From IMG/VR virus record IMGVR_UViG_3300035016_000042: DNA of 44,423 nt. One strand, written 5' to 3'. The stretch comes from a virus. Its lineage: Duplodnaviria; Caudoviricetes. Shown here piece by piece: positions 36,470 through 42,986 of this stretch; the first letter of the stretch is position 1; every line of letters begins with the position of its first letter. A program made the position numbers and the translations under genes. Under the pieces are notes generated by a model. It saw only the letters and a list, made by a program, of their open reading frames with translations, did not search any database and had not been told where the DNA came from.

Positions 36470-37579
36470 ATGAAAGCCTTGTCCGTCCGTCAACCGTGGG
36501 CCTCGCTGATCGCCAGCGGCGCCAAGACCTTGGAGGTCCGGAGCCGTCCCTCGCATTACCGCGGCCCGCTGCTGATCTGCTCCAGCAAGCGACAAGACGA
36601 AAGTTGGGATGCGGCTGTCTACACCGGCTGGCACCCGTATGGTCCTCGCGGCGTCATGCTCTGCGTCGTCGACCAGGTCGACTGCCGCCCGATGACCGAG
36701 ACCGATGCCGACGAGGCCTGCTGCGACTTCGCGCCCGGCTACTTCGTCCGCGTGTTTGCCAACGTGCGTCCGGTCGAGGAACGCGCTGTATCCGGTTCGC
36801 TGGGCCACTTCGACGTTGCTGATGATCTGATTCGCTTCGTTGTTCATCACGATCAAGAGACTAAACCCGCGACTCCGCCGATGACGGCGGGAACGCTAAC
36901 GAAAACCGCCGTTTCACGGCAGGGGCCCTCCGATGTCGACGCCGTTCGCGGAGTTAATTCAGCGGTGCATCGCACGCTCGGACACGAATCAATCGGGCCT
37001 AGCGGCGCGATGGGGCAAGAACGAATCGACCATGCGCAACTGGCTGCCCGGCAAGCACGGCGAGCCCCCGAAGAACGACCCGTCGGAGGATCTGCGGCAG
37101 TTGTGCCGGCGGATGAGCGACGCGGACCTGGTCGACTTCCTGCAGCTGCTGTCGGCGGGGCGGGTGTCAATTGCGCCGGTCGACCACAGCGAGCTCCCGT
37201 CCGTTGTGCGGCCGGAGCATCTACGGGATGCGTCGATGGCAGTGACCGAACGGGCCGTGGCTTACCAGGCAGAGATCAACAAGGCCTTGGGCGACAACCT
37301 GATCGACGTCGACGAGAGCCATCGGATCTTCGCGTCGGGCCTCTCGCTGTCCAAAGCCAAGCTCTGGCTTTCGCGTCTCACGGAACGCTGCTCGGTAGCG
37401 CGCAGGGTGGGCTGATCGCCGATGGTGCCGATCGCCCATTCCTGCCGCTCGCGCAGCAGTATGCCTTGGCAGTAGCTACCCGCACCGGCATCGAGGACGT
37501 GGCGGTGAGGCGGTTGTTCGACGCGGTTCTTATGGACATCGCGATGGACGACATCAACTCGACCTGCATCGAGTGCTGA
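36470..37579 (+). CDS. ASCH domain protein (domain ends near 36850; frame stays open to 37579)
   Basis: MKALSVRQPWASLIASGAKTLEVRS..YRGPLLI is the ASCH GxKxxExR signature. Confidence 0.85.
   Translation: MKALSVRQPWASLIASGAKTLEVRSRPSHYRGPLLICSSKRQDESWDAAVYTGWHPYGPRGVMLCVVDQVDCRPMTETDADEACCDFAPGYFVRVFANVRPVEERAVSGSLGHFDVADDLIRFVVHHDQETKPATPPMTAGTLTKTAVSRQGPSDVDAVRGVNSAVHRTLGHESIGPSGAMGQERIDHAQLAARQARRAPEERPVGGSAAVVPADERRGPGRLPAAAVGGAGVNCAGRPQRAPVRCAAGASTGCVDGSDRTGRGLPGRDQQGLGRQPDRRRREPSDLRVGPLAVQSQALAFASHGTLLGSAQGGLIADGADRPFLPLAQQYALAVATRTGIEDVAVRRLFDAVLMDIAMDDINSTCIEC
36933..37415 (+). CDS. HTH regulator, phage CII-like
   Basis: QSGLAARWGKNESTMRNWL HTH; C-terminal ALGDNLIDVDESHRI resembles CII-type regulators. 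Confidence 0.7.
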   Translation: MSTPFAELIQRCIARSDTNQSGLAARWGKNESTMRNWLPGKHGEPPKNDPSEDLRQLCRRMSDADLVDFLQLLSAGRVSIAPVDHSELPSVVRPEHLRDASMAVTERAVAYQAEINKALGDNLIDVDESHRIFASGLSLSKAKLWLSRLTERCSVARRVG

Positions 37580-37698
37580 GCTTTGCCGGCGGCGATCCCC
37601 GCTTGAGGTTCCCCCCCTCCTCTTGCACCCGCCGGCATTTGTACACGGCCCCGCGATCGCGAACAGCGGTCGCAGGGTGATCGGAAGGGAGTCGAGAC

Positions 37699-37914
37699 GT
37701 GTTGGCGCGAAAGGATTACCCGGTTTGGTGCGAGTGCGGCTGGCCGATCCTCATCACCTCCGTGGTGCGCGACCTGACGCTCGACTTCGAGTATCGATCC
37801 GGTGGCGTCAACGGCGCCGAGGTCGAGCGCTGCCCAAAGTGCGACGAACGGCTGCCGCTCGCCCTCGTGCTCGATATGGCGGCGGGCGACCGTCCCGGTG
37901 GGGCGGTGGCATGA
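37699..37914 (+). CDS. Small zinc-ribbon protein
   Basis: CECG...CPKC; GGGAG RBS. Confidence 0.6.
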   Translation: MLARKDYPVWCECGWPILITSVVRDLTLDFEYRSGGVNGAEVERCPKCDERLPLALVLDMAAGDRPGGAVA

Positions 37915-38162
37915 GCGACGCGACGACGCAGCTGCTGGTCGGTGACGAGGTGACCGTCGTTGTGGACCGGCTGACGGCGGCCGATCGGAAGCGGCTGGGC
38001 ACGTGGGCCCAGCAGGTCGGCGAGATCATCGGCGGCAACGTGCCGGGCTCCATGGCCCTGGTCCGGTTCAGGAAAGTGATCGGCCGCGAGCGCCGCAAGA
38101 CGGCGTTTCTGTTGCCGGTGAACGCACTACAGAAGGCCTGCTCAGCAGGCAGGGAAGGATAG
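37911..38162 (+). CDS. Hypothetical protein
   Basis: ATGA-coupled start MSDATTQ, 83 aa. Confidence 0.55.
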   Translation: MSDATTQLLVGDEVTVVVDRLTAADRKRLGTWAQQVGEIIGGNVPGSMALVRFRKVIGRERRKTAFLLPVNALQKACSAGREG

Positions 38163-38166
38163 GCAG

Positions 38167-38559
38167 ATGCCAAAGGAAACGCTGACGATCGACACGATGG
38201 GCAACATCGACGAGGGCTCGCTGCGGATCGCGGCGAACAACGCGTTCAAGCTCCTCGCGCAGGACCTCGCCGATCGGCCGGTCCTGAACAAGGCGAGAAA
38301 GATCGTGATTACGCTGGAGATGAAGCCGGTCGTCAACACGAATAGCCATTCCCCGCAGCTCGACTCGGTCGAGTACGCCTGGCACATCGCCCAGAAGGTG
38401 CCGGCGATCGGCAGCAGCGGGGGAGTCATGCAGCCCCAGCAAGACGGCACGCTCGCGTTTCACAGCGACCTGCCCGACTCGCCGAACGATGAGACGATCA
38501 TGGATGAAGCGGAACGGCGTCGCGCCGAGTTGCGCGAACGCGACCGCAACCGCGGGTGA
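38167..38559 (+). CDS. Conserved phage early protein (partner of DUF2303-like gene)
   Basis: QDLADRP..KARKIVITLEMKP pattern, paired with the downstream gene. Confidence 0.65.
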   Translation: MPKETLTIDTMGNIDEGSLRIAANNAFKLLAQDLADRPVLNKARKIVITLEMKPVVNTNSHSPQLDSVEYAWHIAQKVPAIGSSGGVMQPQQDGTLAFHSDLPDSPNDETIMDEAERRRAELRERDRNRG

Positions 38560-38615
38560 ATCCACCGCGTTGACGACTCACCTTATTAACACCCGCACAC
38601 GGGAAGGATGCAGAA

Positions 38616-39425
38616 ATGGAAACCGGAGCAAGTTGGCTGGCCGACGGCGTGAAGGAGATCGAGCGGATCACGAGGTCCGCGATGATCGTCGAGCCCAAGA
38701 TAATGAACCTCCCGCTGGAGAAGCCGGGGACGTACGCAATCTTCACGCCGGGTCCGGCGGGGCAGCCGATCAATGTCGACGTGCGCACGGCCGGGCCGCT
38801 CTGGCACAACGAGCGGCTCGAGGATCCGAAGCAGTTGATCGCATTCATCACCTCGCTAGGCGAGCGGGGCGTCAAGCCCGAAGACGGCGCGGTGTACATC
38901 AGCCAGTCGGCCGTCACGTACGTCTACAACTTCGAGGACCGCCGGCACCGGGCCACCTGCCCGCTGATCATGAGCGTGCCGTGGAAGTGGCTGAGCGTCG
39001 ACCAGAAGCCCCTTAGCCAGCGGGATCTGATCCGCCTGCTGCGCATCACGTTCGACGGCAGCCTGCCGACCGACTCCAACCTGATCTCGCTCATTCGCAC
39101 CGTGAAGTGGAAGTCCGACGGCACCGTCGAGTCCGACGTGCAGCGCGGGCGCGAGGCGCTGGGGCGCCAGATCATCCGCGAAGTGTCGGGCATCGCGAAC
39201 TTCCCGGAGGAGTTCACGCTGGACGTGCAGGTGTTCGAGAACGTGAAGCAGGACGTGCGGGTTCGGGTCGCACTCGAGCTGTTGCCCGACGTGGAGCGAT
39301 TCGAGGTGACGCCGTTCCCGACGCAGATCCACAACGGTATGGCCGAGACGCTGACCTGGCTGCAGAGCGACATCGCGCAGACGAAGGTGCCGACGTTCAT
39401 CGGGGCCGTGCGGGGTGGCGAATAG
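38616..39425 (+). CDS. DUF2303/YfdQ-like phage protein
   Basis: LSQRDLIRLLR, FPEEFTLDVQVFE and terminal VPTFIG resemble this family. Confidence 0.6.
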   Translation: METGASWLADGVKEIERITRSAMIVEPKIMNLPLEKPGTYAIFTPGPAGQPINVDVRTAGPLWHNERLEDPKQLIAFITSLGERGVKPEDGAVYISQSAVTYVYNFEDRRHRATCPLIMSVPWKWLSVDQKPLSQRDLIRLLRITFDGSLPTDSNLISLIRTVKWKSDGTVESDVQRGREALGRQIIREVSGIANFPEEFTLDVQVFENVKQDVRVRVALELLPDVERFEVTPFPTQIHNGMAETLTWLQSDIAQTKVPTFIGAVRGGE

Positions 39426-39691
39426 TGATCGTCCGACCGGCGGCTGGGCTCGGGTCCGCGCTGCTGGTCACTGACGCCCGGTCGAGAGCGTTATCTCGCC
39501 CTGAGCTGGCCGACCCAGCAGGTGTGCTGCTCTCGCTTCACGAGCGGCCGGGCCGACAGCCGTTACCTGTTGGACGCTCGCGAGTCGCGGTCACGCGGTT
39601 CGCAGCATTTGCGGCCGGGGTGTTCTCGGCCCACGGTGGATGTGCGACGCGGAGTTTTCTCTTTTCGCTGTGTCGAGACGTCCGCCGTTAC

Positions 39692-39778
39692 GCAGCGGTA
39701 GCTCAGATGGCAGAGCGTCAGCGACGTGTTCCCCCCTCGCGTCGCTGGAGGTCGCAGGTTCGAGTCCTGCACGCTGCT
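39692..39778 (+). ncRNA. tRNA-like RNA with elongated anticodon arm
   Basis: Canonical D arm (GCTC-AGATGGCA-GAGC), variable loop AGGTC, T arm (GCAGG-TTCGAGT-CCTGC), acceptor GCAGCG/CGCTGC; anticodon stem 9-11 bp with a TTCCCCCCT loop. Confidence 0.8.
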
Positions 39779-39903
39779 TTGGGCCTACGGGCTCATGGTG
39801 CATAGGTCGTGGCCGTTTCAGCGGCACCTGACACGCGACCGGGGCGACGGGCGCCCGACCGGCTGAATGTGAGCCGGTTCCCGTCGTCGACAAAGCAGGG
39901 CGT

Positions 39904-39990
39904 GCAGCGGTGTGCGGTTTCGGCCCCGGTTGGACACGACCGGATTGCCCGTCACCTGGCCACTCGCCGGTTCGAGCCCGGCCCGCTGTC
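39904..39990 (+). ncRNA. tRNA-like RNA (acceptor stem + T arm, non-canonical interior)
   Basis: GCAGCGG/CCGCTGT acceptor, GCCGG-TTCGAGC-CCGGC T arm, internal hairpin CCGGTTG-GACA-CGACCGG. Confidence 0.6.
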
Positions 39991-40003
39991 TTGAGGAGTC
40001 GTT

Positions 40004-40114
40004 ATGGCACGCTGGCAGTACTACCGAACGAAGTGGCGTCGCTGGTGCGACTGCTCGGCTTCCGACGCCGCGATCAACTCCGCGTTCGGCGTTCGGATCA
40101 GGCTTGTTGACTGA
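40004..40114 (+). CDS. 36-aa Trp/Arg-rich peptide
   Basis: GAGGAG RBS, MARWQYYRTKWRRWCDCSASDAAINSAFGVRIRLVD*. Confidence 0.45.
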   Translation: MARWQYYRTKWRRWCDCSASDAAINSAFGVRIRLVD

Positions 40115-40126
40115 AAGGAAATGTTC

Positions 40127-40489
40127 ATGAGCGTCTACAGTAGCGACAAGCCCGATACCTGCCGCGTCCCGCCCCCTGGTTGGTCGTGCAGCCGGCCGGC
40201 CGGACACGAGGGTCCGTGCGCTGCGTCGCCGATCAACTCGAAGGTGATCGATCGCAACGTCGTGATGTTCAAGCCCGACGGCGTGACGCCGCGGCACCCG
40301 TCGACCTCGGGCGTGTTGAAGCATTTCCGGTGCGATCACTTACCGGTCCAGCTTCGCGAGGTGTCGCAGCCATTTGCCAACTTGGCGTTCAAGATGGCCG
40401 ACGAGTTGCCGGAGGGCCCGGATCTGACGTGCGGGCTGCGCGACCTTCTGACGGCGAAGGACAACTGCGTCCGGGCGAAGCTCGGGTGA
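40127..40489 (+). CDS. Small phage protein with helical-hairpin C-terminus
   Basis: HF..DHLP..L..VS.PF..LA..M...LP.GP..T.GLR.LL.AKD..VRA motif; N-terminal CxRxxGHxGPC; AAAGGA RBS. Confidence 0.75.
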   Translation: MSVYSSDKPDTCRVPPPGWSCSRPAGHEGPCAASPINSKVIDRNVVMFKPDGVTPRHPSTSGVLKHFRCDHLPVQLREVSQPFANLAFKMADELPEGPDLTCGLRDLLTAKDNCVRAKLG

Positions 40490-40629
40490 CGGTAGCGGTC
40501 GTGCTGTAAGCCATCCCTGCGGAAGCACGACGAGGAACGCCGCGACCTTAATGGCGAAAGCGGACTGCAGCGGCGGCACGATGGATGTGCCGACGTCGGC
40601 GAAAGCCGGCCCGCTGCATTGGAGGTCGC
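40490..40629 (+). ncRNA. Structured RNA leader with three-way junction
   Basis: GTCGTGCT/AGCACGAC stem; TGCAGCGG/CCGCTGCA closing CGGCAC/GTGCCG and GTCGGC-GAAA-GCCGGC hairpins. Confidence 0.45.
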
Positions 40630-40630
40630 C

Positions 40631-40720
40631 ATGGTTTCAGAATCGTTCGGTGTGGCGGCGTTCGTGTTGTACTGCCTGGTCGTCGCCGCGGTGATCCTCG
40701 GCGGCGCCAAGCCGGGATGA
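40631..40720 (+). CDS. 29-aa single-TM peptide
   Basis: GGAGG RBS, MVSESFGVAAFVLYCLVVAAVILGGAKPG*. Confidence 0.5.
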   Translation: MVSESFGVAAFVLYCLVVAAVILGGAKPG

Positions 40721-40848
40721 CGGGATTCTAACGCGGTGGTCCGAGCAGCGAGAGGCCTGACGAGGCGGGTAGCTGCCACACATTAGGGTCGGAGCGGAAT
40801 GTACATCTGCCCGACCGAAGCCCGACGGATCGGAGACGTCGGGGATAT

Positions 40849-40922
40849 CGCAGGGTAGAGCAGCATGGCAGCTCGCCGGGCTCATAATCCGGAGGTCGCG
40901 GGTTCGAATCCCGCCCCTGCTA
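40849..40922 (+). tRNA. tRNA-Met(CAT), initiator type, phage-encoded
   Basis: Full cloverleaf; C1:U72 mismatch, A11:U24, loop CTCATAA; CCA not encoded. Confidence 0.93.
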
Positions 40923-40939
40923 CTGAATCAACGTGAGGT

Positions 40940-41290
40940 ATGACGATGGCCGACGCAAAAGACAGTGAAACGAAGCAGCCGAAGGCGACGCGCCGGCGCC
41001 AGCCACGCCAGGGCGACTTGTGGACGTTGAGGGACGTCGGCCGACGCCTCACGTGCGCCGACGAGACGGCCGCCCGCTGGCTCGAAAAACACAACGTTGC
41101 GCGCTACGACATCGGCACCGGCAGCCGCGACGAGATCCGGGTGAAGCCGGCCGACGTCGAGGCCGCGCTCGAAGGTTGCCTCGTGTCCGGCACGCCCGCA
41201 GCGGCCACCCATGAACGGCACGAGCGCGGTTACACGCCGAAGTACAGGCCCAGCCGGAGCGACGGCGGCGCGGTCACGTCGTCTCGGTGA
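40940..41290 (+). CDS. xis: Excisionase-like HTH protein
   Basis: LWTLRDVGRRLTCADETAARWL..IRVKPADVEAAL winged-HTH pattern; GAGGT RBS; convergent with the integrase. Confidence 0.7.
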   Translation: MTMADAKDSETKQPKATRRRQPRQGDLWTLRDVGRRLTCADETAARWLEKHNVARYDIGTGSRDEIRVKPADVEAALEGCLVSGTPAAATHERHERGYTPKYRPSRSDGGAVTSSR

Positions 41291-42650
41291 CGGGTTGCAC
41301 GTCAGCAGTCGCCGCCGGTTGTTCCTCCGGCGGCTTCGGGTCGATCGCCCCCAGTTTCTCGACCAGGTTTTCCAGCGTCAGTTCGTTGGGATCACAAGCG
41401 AAGAGCGTCCGATGAACGTAGTCCGTCACAGCTCGCAGCCGCTCGATCGGGATCGCTCGCACGTAGTGCGGGTCCATCCCGGTCAGGTCCTGCCCCTGGA
41501 TTCGGCGGACCGCATCCTTGTCCTTCGTGTCGTTGCCGATCGTCGCGAACGTCCGACGCAGCGCGTAGAAGGCGCGCTTCTTTCGCTTCATCGGCCGGGT
41601 CACAAGCCCGCCTCGGCTGTCCGGCTCAGTGACCGTCAGCTTCGCCTCGAACTTCCGGTGTGCCGTGCCGATCTCGTCGTTCGGCGCGACCTCGCCGATC
41701 GTCCCGTCCTTGTCCTCGAAGAACTCGCGCACCCAGGCGTGCCCGCACCGCGTGCGGAACAGCAGGCCCTTCGCGTCGTCACACACGGTGTCGGGGCGGA
41801 TCGCCATCGCCTTGCGGATCGCCTCCGCGGTGACCGGCCAGACGGTCAGTTGGAAGAGCTCCTCGGTCTTCGTCCTAACCCAATCGACGTACAGCTTGGC
41901 GAAGTCGAGCTTCCGCTCGGGCAGGTCGCTGATGTGGCTCTGGCCCATGCCGCCGTTGAGCCCCAGCAGCACGAACGACAGGATGTTCCACTCCTCGGCC
42001 TCGCACGCCGCGATCACCTGCAGCCGGCACTCCTGGGGCGAGTAGATGGGCATGCCGTGTTCGTCCTCCATCTCGCGCCGCTCGCGCTTCACGTGCTTCT
42101 GCTTGGCCTTGGCCAGCGCGTCGTCCTCGTGACGGGCGACGGTGAGCAGCGGGCGCGGCTTGAGCTTGTAGGCCCAGCGGAGCATCTTCTTGGTCTTCGT
42201 GACGTAGCGGTTGAAGCTCGTCAGCTGCATGCGCCGCTTCAGGTGCGTCCGGTACTCATCGAGCGGCGGGATGTCGGCCGCCAGCCGGTCCTCGCCGGCC
42301 CAGGTCCGGAACGCCAGGGCGGCGCGGCGCAGGTCGTCGAACTCGCGGATGCCGATGTCGCCGGCGCGGAATCGCTCCTCCTGGGCAATGATGAACCGGT
42401 CGGTCAGCTCGAGGACGGTCACGCGCGACGCGTCGGCCGTGACGGGCTGGCGGTCAGCGAGGATGTCGGGCAGCTCGCGGAGGAACCGCTCGCGTGCGGC
42501 CGTCTCGTCTTTGCCGAAGTAGAAGTTCCTTCGCCGGCCGTGGACGCGCTTCGGGATGTACCACTGACCGTTGGGGTGGAGGCGCAGTTGCGGGATCTTC
42601 TTGCCGCGCCCTCGCTTGACGGGACGTTGGGGGGCCGTACGATCAGTCAT
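41274..42650 (-). CDS. int: Prophage tyrosine integrase
   Basis: N-terminal arm-binding-like domain (LHPNGQWY..GRRRNFYFGK), LLGLNGGMG box I, RTKT, YALRRTF, QGQ, HYV. Confidence 0.88.
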   Translation of the reverse strand: MTDRTAPQRPVKRGRGKKIPQLRLHPNGQWYIPKRVHGRRRNFYFGKDETAARERFLRELPDILADRQPVTADASRVTVLELTDRFIIAQEERFRAGDIGIREFDDLRRAALAFRTWAGEDRLAADIPPLDEYRTHLKRRMQLTSFNRYVTKTKKMLRWAYKLKPRPLLTVARHEDDALAKAKQKHVKRERREMEDEHGMPIYSPQECRLQVIAACEAEEWNILSFVLLGLNGGMGQSHISDLPERKLDFAKLYVDWVRTKTEELFQLTVWPVTAEAIRKAMAIRPDTVCDDAKGLLFRTRCGHAWVREFFEDKDGTIGEVAPNDEIGTAHRKFEAKLTVTEPDSRGGLVTRPMKRKKRAFYALRRTFATIGNDTKDKDAVRRIQGQDLTGMDPHYVRAIPIERLRAVTDYVHRTLFACDPNELTLENLVEKLGAIDPKPPEEQPAATADVQPVTETT

Positions 42651-42652
42651 GG

Positions 42653-42718
42653 CGACAACCTCCGGCCGGATTATATCGGCCTGTTCGGTGGAAGTAAGGT
42701 TGTCGTTAAGGGTTGTCG
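42653..42718. repeat. Candidate integrase arm-type sites (GGTTGTCG x3)
   Basis: AGGTTGTCG 42697-42705, GGGTTGTCG 42710-42718, inverted copy CGACAACCT 42653-42661. Confidence 0.55.
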
Positions 42719-42774
42719 AACGCATCAGGCAAAGCAGCCCGAAAACGTCGTAAGTCCGCTAACTACGGCGATTA

Positions 42775-42848
42775 GCACTCGTAGCTCAATTGGACAGAGC
42801 ATCGGTCTTCGGAACCGAGGGTTACAGGTTCGACTCCTGTCGAGTGCA
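42775..42848 (+). tRNA. tRNA-Arg(TCG), probable integration target
   Basis: GCACTCG/CGAGTGC acceptor, D loop with A20, anticodon loop CTTCGGA, T arm ACAGG-TTCGACT-CCTGT; CCA not encoded. Confidence 0.95.
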
Positions 42849-42986
42849 ATTCATTCATCTCCAAGCGCTTACGATCACGATACGTGGCGCCAGACCTGTG
42901 CTGTCTCGCGGCCTTATCACATAAAATATCAGATCCACGGCAAAAGTGGCGATATGATCTCCTGCGTCATTCGCAAGGAGAAGTGC

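Larger units (their letters stand above)
1..42774. mobile_element. Lambda-like (siphovirus-type) prophage; left end lies outside the window, right end at tRNA-Arg
   Basis: Ordered cos-terminase-portal-protease-capsid-tail-tape measure module, divergent regulators, xis/int next to a tRNA; no sheath gene recognised. Confidence 0.92.

Noticed and set aside
39719-39749. Intron-containing tRNA explanation for the long anticodon arm
   Set aside because: No U33-type loop would be restored, no bulge-helix-bulge, and the insert is far too short for a group I intron
40540-40800. Twister or hammerhead ribozyme (TTAATG...GGAG; CTGACGAG)
   Set aside because: Remaining core motifs (twister GGUC..AAGCCC; hammerhead GAAA after stem II) are not in place
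41211-42986. N-terminal part of the 1070-aa + strand ORF
   Set aside because: It is the antisense shadow of the minus-strand integrase and crosses the tRNA; the real gene starts at ATG 42987 after AAGGAG
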